From: Coriobacteriia bacterium
GTDB lineage: Bacteria; Actinomycetota; Coriobacteriia; Anaerosomatales; PALSA-660
Assembly: GCA_025361505.1 (NCBI GenBank)
Contig: JANYKZ010000103.1
Coordinates: 1-55,991, forward strand
DNA length: 55,991 nucleotides
Reading direction: 5' to 3'
Shown here: one piece after another, positions 1 through 10,051 of the stretch
How the letters are laid out: every line of letters starts with the position of its first letter
Numbering within the stretch: the first letter of the stretch is position 1
Notes under the pieces: model-generated
The model's database searches: none
What the model was told of the DNA's origin: nothing
What the model saw: only the letters and a program-made list of their open reading frames with translations
Program-made: the position numbers and the translations under genes

Positions 1-706
1 CCGCTTGCCGATGGCGATGCTCCGCCAACTCCGCCTCGAGCGCTCCGGCGTCCGTGTCCCCGGCGGCCGCCGCCCTCGCAGCGTGCGCGAGCGCGCGGGA
101 GAGCACGAGCGCGTGCCTGCGGTCGTCGCGCGACAGGTACCGGTTCCGGCTGGAGAGCGCGAGCCCGTCCGCCTCGCGGACGATCGGACAGCCGACGATG
201 CGCGTGTCGATGTCGAGATCGCGCACGACGCGCTCGAGGACGCGCAGCTGCTGGTAGTCCTTCTCTCCGAAGAACGCGACGTCGGAGCCGACGATCCCGA
301 GCAGCTTCGTCACGATCGTCGCGACGCCGGCGAAATGCCCAGGGCGCGACGCGCCGCACCAGACCGTCGCGATAGGGCCGGGGTCCACGACCGTGGTGGC
401 GTCCGGCGGGTACATCACGGGCACGGTCGGCGCGAAGAGCACGTCGACACCCGCGTCCTCGAGCAGCGCGGCGTCCGCGTCGAGGTCGCGCGGATAGGAC
501 TCGAAGTCCTCTCCCTCGCCGAACTGCGTGGGATTCACGAACACGGACACCACGGTGAGGTCGCAGCGCTTCCGCGAGGCGGCCACGAGCGACAGGTGCC
601 CCGCATGCAGCGCCCCCATCGTCGGCACGAGACCGACGGTGCGGCCCTCCAGTCGTGGCCGCCGCAGGACACCGCGGACCTCTTCGATCGAGACGACACG
701 TTCCAT
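1..706 (-). CDS. panC: pantoate--beta-alanine ligase (pantothenate synthetase), C-terminus cut by window edge
   Basis: Absent from the ORF track because it runs off the left edge. The reverse complement from 706 reads MERVVSIEEVRGVLRRPRLEGRTVGLVPTMGALHAGHLSLVAASRKRCDLTVVSVFVNPTQFGEGEDF..., which contains the PTMGxLHxGH ligase motif. The ATG lies 7 nt after the panB stop. Confidence 0.9.
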   Translation of the reverse strand, partial: MERVVSIEEVRGVLRRPRLEGRTVGLVPTMGALHAGHLSLVAASRKRCDLTVVSVFVNPTQFGEGEDFESYPRDLDADAALLEDAGVDVLFAPTVPVMYPPDATTVVDPGPIATVWCGASRPGHFAGVATIVTKLLGIVGSDVAFFGEKDYQQLRVLERVVRDLDIDTRIVGCPIVREADGLALSSRNRYLSRDDRRHALVLSRALAHAARAAAAGDTDAGALEAELAEHRHRQA

Positions 707-713
707 GGGCGGC

Positions 714-1631
714 CTACCTCCCCGTCATCCGGCGCACGTCGCCGGTCCGGCGGGCGCGCACCTCGTCGATGACCGCGAGGTCGGCGTGCGTGGTCTGCTC
801 CTCGCCCGGGAAGGCGCCCGAGCGCACGTCGGCCGCGTAGGCCGAGACGGCCGCGCGAACCTGCTCGCCGAGCTCCGCGTAGCGTTTGGCGTGGCGGGGC
901 GTGAAGTCGCCGCCGAGTCCGAGCAGGTCGTGGAAGACCTGCACCTCGCCGTCGCAACCGGCGCCGGCACCGATGCCGATCGTGGGGATGTCGAGCTCGG
1001 CGCTCGCGAGCGCGGCCAGCTCGGCGGGGATGCACTCGAGCACGACCGCGAACGCCCCCGCGTCCTGGAGCGCACGGCAGTCGTCGAGCAGCCTCTCGGC
1101 GGCCGGCGTGTCCTTGGCCTGGACGCGGTAGCCTCCGAGCTGGTTGACCGACTGCGGGGTCAGGCCGACGTGACCCATGACGGGGATGCCCGCGGAGACC
1201 AGCCTGCACACCGTCTCAGCGACCTCCGCACCACCCTCGAGCTTGACCGCTCCGGCGCCGCCCTCGGCCATCAGGCGCCCGGCGTTGCGCAGCGCATCCT
1301 CGACGGAGGCCTGATAGCTCATGAAGGGAAGGTCGGCCACGACGAGGGCGTGCCGGGTGACGCGCGCGACCGCGAAGGTCGCGCGGACCATGTCGTCCAT
1401 GGTGACGGGGAGCGTGGAGTCGTAACCGAGCATGGTCATGCCGAGGGAGTCCCCGACAAGGATCGAGTCGACGCCGGCGGCGTCGACGAGCCGGGCGGAG
1501 GAGGCGTCGTAGGCCGTCAGCATGACGATGCGCTGCGAGGCGGCCTTGCGCGTACGGAAGGTCGCGGTGGTGACGGGCCGGTCGGAGCCGGCCGGGATGT
1601 GGACGCTCACGGCGTCCTCCTTTCCGATCAC
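714..1631 (-). CDS. panB: 3-methyl-2-oxobutanoate hydroxymethyltransferase
   Basis: 305-aa ORF with ...[47 protein letters not shown]..., typical of PanB. GTG start. Located upstream of panC. Confidence 0.93.
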   Translation of the reverse strand: MIGKEDAVSVHIPAGSDRPVTTATFRTRKAASQRIVMLTAYDASSARLVDAAGVDSILVGDSLGMTMLGYDSTLPVTMDDMVRATFAVARVTRHALVVADLPFMSYQASVEDALRNAGRLMAEGGAGAVKLEGGAEVAETVCRLVSAGIPVMGHVGLTPQSVNQLGGYRVQAKDTPAAERLLDDCRALQDAGAFAVVLECIPAELAALASAELDIPTIGIGAGAGCDGEVQVFHDLLGLGGDFTPRHAKRYAELGEQVRAAVSAYAADVRSGAFPGEEQTTHADLAVIDEVRARRTGDVRRMTGR

Positions 1632-1744
1632 ACCGTCCCAGCCCCGGTCGGGGGTCCAGGCGGTCCCATCGAAGCGAGCATGCCCGCGGGTGCGGGGCCG
1701 TCAGTATAGCAGCGCGAGCGGCCCCTTCACGCCGTGAAGGAGCG

Positions 1745-3196
1745 TCAGCCTGCGGCCGCGAGCAGGGTGACCCCGGCGACGCCCAGCACGACGGCGGCGA
1801 GCGCACAGGTCACGATCGCTGCCATCAGGGGCCGCGGCACGACGATACGGCCGGCTATCGAAGCGACGCCTTCGGACCCGGTCTCCTCAGGCTGCACCAG
1901 GGAGCCGTACATCCTCGACGCGACCCCGAGGTAGTAGCCCACGGCGATGACCGTGGTGACGAGCGCGATGAGCGCGAGCCACGCGTAGCCGCCGTCGACG
2001 GCAGCCTTGAACAGCGCGAACTTGCCGAAGAACCCTCCGAGCGGGGGCGTGCCGGCGAGCGAGAAGAGGCATACGGCCATGCCTCCCGCCAGCAACCCGT
2101 TGCGGCCGGCGAGCCCGGCGAAGTCCTTCAACGACACCGGCCGGTCGGGCCCGACGGCCATGGCCACCAGGAACGCGCCGAGGTTGCCGAAGGCGTAGAC
2201 GACCAGGAAGAACATGAGCGCCCGCGCGGACGCGGCCCCGCCGACCGCGAACGCGATCAGCATGTAGCCGGTGTTCGCCACACCCGAGTACGCGAGCATC
2301 CTGCGCACGTCGTCCTGCAGCAGCGCGACGACGTTGCCGTAGACCATCGAGAGTACGGCGACGATGAGGATAAAGGTCCGACCCACGGGGTAGGCCGCGG
2401 CGAAGCCGGGGCCCAGGACCCGCAGCAGCGCGAGCATCACGGCGACCTTGGGCACGGTCGCCACGTAGGCCACGATCGGCGCCGAACCGCCCGCGTAGAC
2501 GTCCGGGCTCCAGAAGTGGAACGGGAACGCCGTGGCCTTGAAGCCGAGGCCGGCGAACAGCAGCAGGAACGCCGCCATGGCGAGCCCGGCCCGGACCGCG
2601 CCGAGCGTCACCGGATCGGGGAACAGCCCGTTGACGTACGAGATCGTGTGGAGCGCTCCGTATGCGAGCGCCACGCCGTAGAGCATCACGATCGACGCGA
2701 ACGTGCCCAGCAGGAAGTACTTGAGAGCGGCGCGCACCGCGCCCGCCAGGTGCTTGCGCATGGCCATCAGCGCGTAGCACGGGAGCGCCAGCATCTCGAT
2801 GCCGACAAACAGGACGATCAGGGTCTGCGACATCACGATGACCGACTCGCCGAGCAGGGAGAGGAGCAGCAGCCCGTAGTACTCGGCGGTGGCGCCCTCC
2901 CCATCCCCGCCCCACGACGACAGCACCACGAGGGCGCCGGTCGCCATGAAGAGCAGACGGGCGAAGGTCGTCGTGGCGTCCACGCGCAGCGAGCCCGCGA
3001 AGTAGACCCCGTAGAGCTGGGGGCTCATGGCCACGAGGACCGCGCACGCCGCGGCGAGCGCCATCGCGGCGAGCGTGACCCAGCGCTCGACGCGGCCGCG
3101 GCCGGGCCAGATGGCGTCGAAGCACAGCACGCCGGCTCCGGCGAGCACGAGGACGATCTCGGGCGAGAAGGCGAGCACCGGACTCAAGTGCGTCAC
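1745..3196 (-). CDS. nuoN: NADH-quinone oxidoreductase subunit N (antiporter-like)
   Basis: 483-aa polytopic membrane ORF with FPFHFWSPDVYAGGSAP. It is the last gene of the nuo operon. Its GTG start overlaps the nuoM stop (GTGA). Confidence 0.9.
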   Translation of the reverse strand: MTHLSPVLAFSPEIVLVLAGAGVLCFDAIWPGRGRVERWVTLAAMALAAACAVLVAMSPQLYGVYFAGSLRVDATTTFARLLFMATGALVVLSSWGGDGEGATAEYYGLLLLSLLGESVIVMSQTLIVLFVGIEMLALPCYALMAMRKHLAGAVRAALKYFLLGTFASIVMLYGVALAYGALHTISYVNGLFPDPVTLGAVRAGLAMAAFLLLFAGLGFKATAFPFHFWSPDVYAGGSAPIVAYVATVPKVAVMLALLRVLGPGFAAAYPVGRTFILIVAVLSMVYGNVVALLQDDVRRMLAYSGVANTGYMLIAFAVGGAASARALMFFLVVYAFGNLGAFLVAMAVGPDRPVSLKDFAGLAGRNGLLAGGMAVCLFSLAGTPPLGGFFGKFALFKAAVDGGYAWLALIALVTTVIAVGYYLGVASRMYGSLVQPEETGSEGVASIAGRIVVPRPLMAAIVTCALAAVVLGVAGVTLLAAAG

Positions 3197-4677
3197 CGCC
3201 CGACCAGAGTGGCCAGAGCGCGGCCCACCGGGTCGACGATCGAGAAGAACAGCATCGGGTAGACGCCGAGCGCGAACGCGATCGCGGCGAGCGGCGCGAC
3301 GGCCGCCATCTCGGTGCCGTCCATGGTGTGCGGCCCTTCGTACCGGGCGGAGTCCTCCTCATGCGGCGCGAACACCACGGCCTGCAACGTGCGCAGGAAA
3401 TAGGCCGCCGTGAGCACGATACCGATGACTGCGAACGCCGTGATGACCGGGAAGACCTGCAGGCCGCCCATGAGCGAGGTGAACTCGCCGACGAACCCGG
3501 CCAGACCCGGCAACCCGAGCGAGGCGAACGACGCGAAGACCCACAGGATGCCGAGAGCCGGCACCGCGGTGATGAGCCCGCGCAGACGTGCGATCTCCTT
3601 GGTGTGGTAACGCTCGTAGATCATGCCGACCAGGAAGAACAGCATGCCGGTGATGATGCCGTGGGTGAACATCTGCATCGCCGCACCGTCGACGCCCGCG
3701 CTGTTGGCCGCGGCGATGCCGAGGACCACGAAGCCCATGTGGCTGACCGACGAGTACGCGACCATCTTCTTGAGGTCCTTCTGGGTCAACGCGACCGCAG
3801 CGCCGTACACGATGCCGATCACGCCGAGCACCGCGAGATAGGGCGAGAAGGCGGCGAACGCCTGCGGCAGGGCCGACAGCGACACGCGCAGCAGGCCGTA
3901 GCCGCCCATCTTCAGCAGCACGCCCGCCAGAAGGACCGATCCGACCGTGGGAGCCTCCACGTGGGCGTCGGGCAGCCAGGTGTGGAACGGGAAGATCGGC
4001 ACCTTCACCGCGAACCCGAGGAAGAGCGCGCCGAAGATCCAGCCCTGCTGCTGCAGCGTGAACTTGCCGGCCTGGCCCCAGGCGATGATCGCCTGCATGT
4101 CGAACGTGTGCGGGCCCCAGAAGAAGAGCAGCAGCAGCCCGAGCAGCATGACGACGGAGCCGATGAGCGTGTAGATGAAGAACTTCACGCTGGCGTAGCG
4201 GCGGTTGGCGCCGCCCCAGATGCCGATCATGAAGAACATCGGGACCAGCACGAGCTCCCAGAACACGTAGAACAGGACGGCGTCGAGGGCCAGGAACACC
4301 CCGAGCATGCCGACCAGCAGCAACAGCAGCAGGAAGCAGAACGCCTTGACCTGCTTGTCGAGGCGCCACGTGTAGATGCCGCACAGCAGCGTGAGCAGGC
4401 TCGTGAGCATGATGAGCGGCAGCGACAGTCCGTCGATCCCGAGCTTGAAGGACATGCCGATCGCCGGGACCCACGGGACCGACTGGATCATCTGCATGGC
4501 GCCGGACCCGATGGTGAACCGGGACAGCACCAGGAGCGACCAGCCGAACGTCAGCGCGACGGCGGCGATGGTGAACCCCTTGATCAGCCGTTCCATCCGA
4601 CCGGGCAGGAGCAGCACGACCAGCGATGCGACGACCGGGATGAGGAGCAGGACACTCAGCACAGGGATTCCTTTCAT
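3193..4677 (-). CDS. nuoM: NADH-quinone oxidoreductase subunit M (antiporter-like)
   Basis: The track ORF 3193..5016 has an Arg-rich false N-terminal extension. I take the start at Met114 (MKGIPVLSVLLLIPVV...), which gives an ATGA overlap with the nuoL stop. Motif: FPFHTWLPDAHVEAPTVGSVLLAGVLLKMGGYG. Confidence 0.9.
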   Translation of the reverse strand: MKGIPVLSVLLLIPVVASLVVLLLPGRMERLIKGFTIAAVALTFGWSLLVLSRFTIGSGAMQMIQSVPWVPAIGMSFKLGIDGLSLPLIMLTSLLTLLCGIYTWRLDKQVKAFCFLLLLLLVGMLGVFLALDAVLFYVFWELVLVPMFFMIGIWGGANRRYASVKFFIYTLIGSVVMLLGLLLLFFWGPHTFDMQAIIAWGQAGKFTLQQQGWIFGALFLGFAVKVPIFPFHTWLPDAHVEAPTVGSVLLAGVLLKMGGYGLLRVSLSALPQAFAAFSPYLAVLGVIGIVYGAAVALTQKDLKKMVAYSSVSHMGFVVLGIAAANSAGVDGAAMQMFTHGIITGMLFFLVGMIYERYHTKEIARLRGLITAVPALGILWVFASFASLGLPGLAGFVGEFTSLMGGLQVFPVITAFAVIGIVLTAAYFLRTLQAVVFAPHEEDSARYEGPHTMDGTEMAAVAPLAAIAFALGVYPMLFFSIVDPVGRALATLVGR

Positions 4678-6713
4678 CGGGCCAGCCACCACGCCACGTA
4701 GAAGATGGCGACTCCGAACACGATCATGAACAACGCGTAGTTCGCGGTGACTCCGGTCTGCAACCTCTTCAGCCCGCGCCCGAGCGCCATCGTGCCGCCC
4801 GCCACACCGTCGACCGCGCCGTCGATGCCGCGCGTGTCGACGAACCCGGATCCCCGGGCGACGCCCAGCCCCGCGCGCCCCACGGCCATGACCGCACCGT
4901 CGACGACCGTCACGTCGATGGCGGCGAGCGACGCCGCCACGCGACCGACACCGTTCACGAATACCGCGGTGTACAGGACGTCCGGGTCCAACCGGCTGGC
5001 GAGCCCGCACAGCCACAGCACCGGCGCGACCACGAGGTTCTCCAGGATGTAGTCGAGGTTCAATTCACGCAGGAAACGCGAGACGGCGAACACCGGCCGC
5101 AGGAACACGCCGCCGTAGAGCCGCTGCAGGTTGGGCGGGATCGGGCCCGTGCCGTGCAGCGCGCGGCGCAGACGCGTCGACTCCCACGCGATGTAGACGC
5201 CCGCACCCGCAGCGCACGCGGAGACCGCCATCAGCCAGGGGAAAGCGTGCTCGACGACTCCGGGCTCCAGCATCCCCGCGAGTGAGACGCGAAGCCCCGG
5301 AAGGTTGATCGCGCCGGCGACCACGGTCACGCCGGCGAGCGCGACCATCGGGGCGATCATCGCGCGCGGCGACTCGTGGTACTTCCGTCCCGGGCCCCTG
5401 AACACGCCGAAGTACACGCGGAACATGTAGAAGGCGGAGAGCACGGCGGTCATGAGCCCGACGACGAGCAGCGTACCGCCGAACACCGGCTGCACGGTCG
5501 TCGCACCCAGAAGCGACGCCAGCACGGCGTCCTTGCTGAAGAAGCCGGCCAACGGCGGGATGCCCGACAACGCGAGCGCGCCGATCAGGAAGCACGCGCC
5601 GGTGATCGGCATCGTCTTCCCCACGCCCCTCATCTCACGGATGTCCTGCGTCTTCGTGCCGTGGATGACCGAACCGGCGCTCAGGAACAGCAGGCTCTTG
5701 AAGAACCCGTGGGTGATCAGGTGGAACACGGCGGCGACCAGACCGCCGGTGCCGAGGGCGACCATCATGTAGCCGAGCTGGCTCATCGTCGAGTAAGCCA
5801 GTGTGCGTTTGATGTCCGTCTCGGTCAGCGCGAGCACCGCACCGTAGAGGGCGGTGAAGATGCCCGGCCACGCGATCATCGGCAGGAAGTCCGCACCCAC
5901 GAACAGCGGGTACGCGCGGCACACGAGAAAGACGCCCGCCGCGACCATCGTGGCTGAGTGCAGAAGACCGGACACGGGCGTCGGACCCGCCATCGCGTCG
6001 GGCAGCCAGATGTACATCGGGAACTGCGCGGACTTGGAGACCGCCGCGGCGAACAGCAACGCGCAGATCATCCACATGAACGCCTTCGGCTCCTTCGCGA
6101 GCTCCGCGAGCAGCGTCGGGATGTCGACCGTTTTGTAGCGTCCGAGCAGCAAGGCGACGGCGAGCAGGAGGCCCATGTCGCCGATGCGCGTGGTGATGAA
6201 CGCCTTGAAGGCCGCGCGACGCGCGTCGGGTCGCTCGAAGTAGTAGCCGATCAGCAGGAACGAGCACAGGCCCATGACCTCCCAGAAGAGCATGAGCTCC
6301 AGGAGGCTCGAGGAGGTCACGACGCCGAACATGCACGCCGTGAACAGGGAGAAGACAGTGAAGAACCACGGGTAGCGGGCGTCGCCCTTCATGTAGCCGG
6401 TCGCGTACACGAACACCATCGTGGCGACGGCGGCTACCATGACCAGCACCGACGCCGAGAGCCCGTCGACGAAGAGACCGAACTCGATGGGGACTCCGCC
6501 GACCACCGCCCACGGGACGGTCGCGTGAACGAGCGGCCCCTCGTGCCCGAAGGCGCCGACGAGCAGCGACACGGAGGCGATGAGGGACAGTGCCAGGGCG
6601 CCGATCGCCACGTGCGAGCTGCGCTCGCCCATGCGGCGACCGAACACGGCGAGGAACAGGGCCGCGGCGGCGGGCAGGGCGGGCACCAGGAACGCTGTGA
6701 GCGTGGGCGTCAT
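4674..6713 (-). CDS. nuoL: NADH-quinone oxidoreductase subunit L (antiporter-like, long C-terminal arm)
   Basis: 679-aa membrane ORF with SAQFPMYIWLPDAMAGPTPVSGLLHSATMVAAGVFL. It sits between nuoK and nuoM. Confidence 0.92.
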   Translation of the reverse strand: MTPTLTAFLVPALPAAAALFLAVFGRRMGERSSHVAIGALALSLIASVSLLVGAFGHEGPLVHATVPWAVVGGVPIEFGLFVDGLSASVLVMVAAVATMVFVYATGYMKGDARYPWFFTVFSLFTACMFGVVTSSSLLELMLFWEVMGLCSFLLIGYYFERPDARRAAFKAFITTRIGDMGLLLAVALLLGRYKTVDIPTLLAELAKEPKAFMWMICALLFAAAVSKSAQFPMYIWLPDAMAGPTPVSGLLHSATMVAAGVFLVCRAYPLFVGADFLPMIAWPGIFTALYGAVLALTETDIKRTLAYSTMSQLGYMMVALGTGGLVAAVFHLITHGFFKSLLFLSAGSVIHGTKTQDIREMRGVGKTMPITGACFLIGALALSGIPPLAGFFSKDAVLASLLGATTVQPVFGGTLLVVGLMTAVLSAFYMFRVYFGVFRGPGRKYHESPRAMIAPMVALAGVTVVAGAINLPGLRVSLAGMLEPGVVEHAFPWLMAVSACAAGAGVYIAWESTRLRRALHGTGPIPPNLQRLYGGVFLRPVFAVSRFLRELNLDYILENLVVAPVLWLCGLASRLDPDVLYTAVFVNGVGRVAASLAAIDVTVVDGAVMAVGRAGLGVARGSGFVDTRGIDGAVDGVAGGTMALGRGLKRLQTGVTANYALFMIVFGVAIFYVAWWLAR

Positions 6714-6716
6714 CCG

Positions 6717-7025
6717 CTACCCGCCCAACAGGTCGATGTCGTCGGTCGTGGCGTCCCCGTGGCGGCGGAAGTAGAGCATGACGATGGCGAGCCCCATGCC
6801 GATCTCGGCCGCTCCGATGACGATGACGAACGTGGCCATCGCCATGCCGCCCAGCCCGCCGTCGGGCATCGACCGTCCGATCGCGATGAAGGTCAGCGAG
6901 ACTGAAGCGGTCATCAGCTCGAGACACATGAGCGCCTGCAGCAGGCTGCGGCGTGTGAGGAACCCGAACATCGCGATCAGGAACACGATCGCGCCGAGGA
7001 CCATGAAGTAGACCGGAGGGACCAT
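6717..7025 (-). CDS. nuoK: NADH-quinone oxidoreductase subunit K
   Basis: 102-aa protein with three TM helices, in the canonical J-K-L position. It directly abuts the nuoJ stop. Confidence 0.88.
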   Translation of the reverse strand: MVPPVYFMVLGAIVFLIAMFGFLTRRSLLQALMCLELMTASVSLTFIAIGRSMPDGGLGGMAMATFVIVIGAAEIGMGLAIVMLYFRRHGDATTDDIDLLGG

Positions 7026-7508
7026 CTACTCCGCCTCCCTGGCCAGATAGACCGCACCGACGAGCGCTGCGAGGAGGACGACGGAGGCGAGCTCGAACGG
7101 CACCGCATAGGGCCCGAGCAGCGCGTACGCGAGGTCGCGGGTCGTCGCGACCGGCTGTGAGGTCGACGAGAGGGTGCCTGCCAGCGTCAGGAGCGTGCTG
7201 ACGAGCGGGTACGCCACGGCCACGACCACAAAGGCCGCGAGCCCCGTCTGGGGCTGCAGGAGAGTGCTGAACGCCGCCACCTTCGGCCGTGAGAGCATCA
7301 CGACGAACACGAGCACCATCGTGGTGGCGCCGGCGTAGACGAGCAGCTGCAGCAGCGCGAGGAACGTCGCGTCCAGCAGCGCGAACAGCCCTCCGAAGAG
7401 GATGAGGCTGAAGGCGAGCAACACCACGCTGCGAACGAACTGGCGCGTGAACAGCATCGCGATCGAGCTCGCGATGAGCGCGCCGGCGGCCGCGAAGAAG
7501 AGCACCAT
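7026..7508 (-). CDS. nuoJ: NADH-quinone oxidoreductase subunit J
   Basis: The track ORF 7026..7760 is over-extended. The hydrophobic protein starts at MVLFFAAAGALIASSIAMLF (Met85, position 7508). An alternative GTG at 7517 would give a GTGA overlap with the nuoI stop. Confidence 0.82.
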   Translation of the reverse strand: MVLFFAAAGALIASSIAMLFTRQFVRSVVLLAFSLILFGGLFALLDATFLALLQLLVYAGATTMVLVFVVMLSRPKVAAFSTLLQPQTGLAAFVVVAVAYPLVSTLLTLAGTLSSTSQPVATTRDLAYALLGPYAVPFELASVVLLAALVGAVYLAREAE

Positions 7509-7513
7509 CCCGG

Positions 7514-7939
7514 TCACTTCGGCTCGTCCCCCTCTCCGGTGTGCGCGCCCTCGTGGACGAGGTGGTAGATGAGCGTGCCGCGGTCGTAGGTGGCGCGCTC
7601 GTAATCGGGGGTGAAGTGCAGCGCGTCGTACGGACAGTTCTCGACGCACAGGCCGCAGAACGTGCACCGTCCCGAGTTCACGACGAACTCGAGCGGCTTG
7701 CGGTTGTCGTCGGGGTCCTTCTCGAGGCGGAGCACGTGGTCGGGGCATCCGACGATGCACGTGTTGCAGGCCTTGCAGGCCGGGCCGCCCTCCTCGTTGA
7801 CGTACATCGCGAGGAAGGTGCGCGAGGCCGGGGTCAGCACCTTGTGGTCGTACGGGTACAGCTCGGTCACGGGTCCGGCGAGGAGGCGGCGCATCGTGAT
7901 GCCGAGGCCCTTCGCGAGTCCTGATCCGAACATGGCCAC
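7514..7939 (-). CDS. nuoI: NADH-quinone oxidoreductase subunit I (2x[4Fe-4S])
   Basis: 141 aa with two ferredoxin-type motifs, CKACNTCIVGCP and CTFCGLCVENCP. Confidence 0.92.
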   Translation of the reverse strand: MAMFGSGLAKGLGITMRRLLAGPVTELYPYDHKVLTPASRTFLAMYVNEEGGPACKACNTCIVGCPDHVLRLEKDPDDNRKPLEFVVNSGRCTFCGLCVENCPYDALHFTPDYERATYDRGTLIYHLVHEGAHTGEGDEPK

Positions 7940-7949
7940 CCCTCCCTTC

Positions 7950-8924
7950 CTAGTAGACCTTCGGTCCCAGCCACAGCGCGAGCGCGGCGACCAGCATGAT
8001 GTTCACGAGCGCGGCCGGAAGCAGCCACTTCCACGACATCTGCGTCAGGGTGTCGACGCGCAGGCGCGGGAACGTACCCCGGAACCACATCGTCGAGGTC
8101 ATCAGCAGCACGATCTTGAGGGCCAGCCACAGCCAGGAGGCCGGCAGGAACGGCATGTTCCATCCGCCGAGGAACAGCGCGGCGATCAGGTACGAGCCGA
8201 CGAGGAGCACCGAGTACTCCGCGAGCTGCACGAAGCCGAACTTCATGCCCGAGTACTCGGTCATGTAGCCGGCGACGAGCTCGGACTCGGCCTCGGGCAG
8301 GTCGAACGGCGAGCGGTTCATCTCCGCGAGCATCGCGACCGAGAAGATCACGAAGCCCAGGGGCTGCTTGAAGACGTACCACCAGCCCGTCTGGGCGTTG
8401 ATGATCGTGGTCAGGTTCATCGACTGCGCCGTCAGCACCACGCCAAGGGCGGCCAGGAGCATCGGGATCTCGTAGCTTATGAGCTGCGCGGCGGCGCGCA
8501 GGCCTCCGATGAGGGTGAACTTGTTCGCGCACGACCAGCCGATGAGCGCGAAGGCCAGCGGCAGCATGGTCTCCCAGGCGAAGACGTAGAGCAGCCCGTG
8601 CTGCATGTCGATGAGCGCGATGCCGGGCGCAAAGGTCAGCGCGGCCAGCGCGGCGTAGGCCGGCACGATCGCGGCCACCGGGCCGAACTGGAAGAGGAGG
8701 GAGTCGGCCGCGGTCGGGACCGTGTCCTCCTTGGCGATCATCTTGATCATGTCGGCCGGCAGCTGCAGCAGCCCGTGCCAGCCATGGTGGAGCGGGCCGC
8801 GCCGCCGCTGCAGATGTCCGATGAACTTGCGCTCCCACCAGACGCCGAAGAGCGTGACGCCCGCGAGCAGCGCCAGCAGGGCCACGAGGCCGACGATCGT
8901 CCGGAGCCACAGCGCGGCGCTCAT
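7950..8924 (-). CDS. nuoH: NADH-quinone oxidoreductase subunit H
   Basis: The track ORF 7950..9800 is over-extended. The true product, MSAALWLRTIVGL...PKVY, is 324 aa. Its ATG overlaps the nuoD stop (ATGA). Motif: EMNRSPFDLPEAESELVAGYMTEYSG. Confidence 0.92.
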   Translation of the reverse strand: MSAALWLRTIVGLVALLALLAGVTLFGVWWERKFIGHLQRRRGPLHHGWHGLLQLPADMIKMIAKEDTVPTAADSLLFQFGPVAAIVPAYAALAALTFAPGIALIDMQHGLLYVFAWETMLPLAFALIGWSCANKFTLIGGLRAAAQLISYEIPMLLAALGVVLTAQSMNLTTIINAQTGWWYVFKQPLGFVIFSVAMLAEMNRSPFDLPEAESELVAGYMTEYSGMKFGFVQLAEYSVLLVGSYLIAALFLGGWNMPFLPASWLWLALKIVLLMTSTMWFRGTFPRLRVDTLTQMSWKWLLPAALVNIMLVAALALWLGPKVY

Positions 8925-10051
8925 CGGTCGATCTCCCCCATCGAGGTGTCGATGCCGCCGAAGATGACGAGCATGTCGGCGAGGAGGTGCCCCGGGAGCA
9001 GGCGCGGCATCGCGGAGAGGCCGTAGAAGATCGGCGATCGGACACGGTAGCGGTACGGACGCGTGGTCCCGTCGGAGGCGACGAAGACGCCGAGCTCGCC
9101 GCGCGGCGACTCGGTGCGCACGTAGCAGTCGCCCGCCGGAGGCTTCAGCGCCTTCGGCACCTTCACGGCGATATCGCCTTCGGGCATGCCGTCGATGAGC
9201 TGGATGCACATCCTGGCGGACTCGCGCAGCTCGCGCAGGCGCACGCGGCACCGCGCGAGGGAATCGCCGACGGGGTCGGTGCAGACCTCGAAGTCGAGCT
9301 TGGCGTAGGCGCCGTAGGGCGCGTCGCGGCGCAGGTCGCGCGCGAGCCCCGACGCGCGCAGGAATGGCCCGGTGATCCCGAGGTGGACACACTCCTCGGC
9401 GGTGTAGACGCCGACGCCCTTCATGCGGGAGACGACGATCTCGTTGCCCGTGAGCAGCGCCTCGTAGGTGTCGCACTCCTTGGGGAAGTCCCGCTCGAGG
9501 AAGGTGCGCAGGTCCGCGAGGAGCGCGGGGTCGATGTCCGTGCGCACGCCGCCGATCCGCATCCAGTTCGGCATCATGCGCGCGCCGGTCACGGCCTCGA
9601 AGAAGTCGAAGATGCGCTCGCGCGTCTCCCACGCGTAGATGAACGGGGTGCCGAGCGTGCCGATGTCCATCGTGACGCCCGCGTACCAGATGAGGTGGCT
9701 CGTGATGCGGTTGAGCTCGCCCATCAGAGTGCGGAGCCACTCGGCGCGCTCCGGGAGTTCGATGCCCGCGAGCCGCTCGACGGCGCGGCAGTACGCCCAC
9801 TCGTTCGAGAACTGGGCGACGTAGTCCTGTCGGTCCGTGAGCACGATGACCTGCTGCCAGGTACGGTTCTCGGCCAGCTTCTCGATGCCGCGGTGCAGGT
9901 AGCCGATGACCGGCTTCGCCGTGACGACCGTCTCCCCCGCCATCTCCAGCATGAAGTGGAGGACGCCGTGCGTGGACGGGTGCTGCGGCCCGACGTTGAG
10001 CAGCAGCGTCTCGGTGCCTCCGGTCGCTTCGCTGCGGGGGAAGTTCACCAT
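8921..10051 (-). CDS. nuoD: NADH-quinone oxidoreductase subunit D (49 kDa)
   Basis: Start taken at Met110 of the track ORF ([33 protein letters not shown]...), giving 376 aa. The ATG lies 1 nt after the nuoC stop. Confidence 0.92.
   Translation of the reverse strand: MVNFPRSEATGGTETLLLNVGPQHPSTHGVLHFMLEMAGETVVTAKPVIGYLHRGIEKLAENRTWQQVIVLTDRQDYVAQFSNEWAYCRAVERLAGIELPERAEWLRTLMGELNRITSHLIWYAGVTMDIGTLGTPFIYAWETRERIFDFFEAVTGARMMPNWMRIGGVRTDIDPALLADLRTFLERDFPKECDTYEALLTGNEIVVSRMKGVGVYTAEECVHLGITGPFLRASGLARDLRRDAPYGAYAKLDFEVCTDPVGDSLARCRVRLRELRESARMCIQLIDGMPEGDIAVKVPKALKPPAGDCYVRTESPRGELGVFVASDGTTRPYRYRVRSPIFYGLSAMPRLLPGHLLADMLVIFGGIDTSMGEIDR

Noticed and set aside
5-1709. Long plus-strand ORFs (5..772, 528..1709) and similar Arg/Pro/Gly-rich ORFs throughout the track. 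Examples: 11526..13856 +, 36312..37994 -, 39009..40574 +, 44510..45799 +, 48553..50313 +.
   Set aside because: They lie antisense to, or out of frame with, genes that have clear family motifs. Their composition (runs of R, P, G, A, D, H) is the usual signature of wrong-frame translation in very GC-rich DNA.
1703-1738. TATACT -10-like hexamer and a 7-bp hairpin (ccttcac/gtgaagg) between nuoN and panB.
   Set aside because: There is no acceptable -35 at 16-18 nt spacing, and the hairpin is short with a 3-nt loop. This is insufficient for a promoter or terminator call.
4678-5016. N-terminal extensions of several track ORFs: nuoM to 5016, nuoJ to 7760, nuoH to 9800, nuoD to 10378, nuoB to 11527, folP to 16991, MFS to 39355, FTR-Rieske to 48922, yhaO to 53534, and others.
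   Set aside because: The extensions are Arg-rich, overlap the upstream gene in another frame, and precede an internal start with an SD or a 4-nt stop/start overlap. The conserved protein begins at that internal start.
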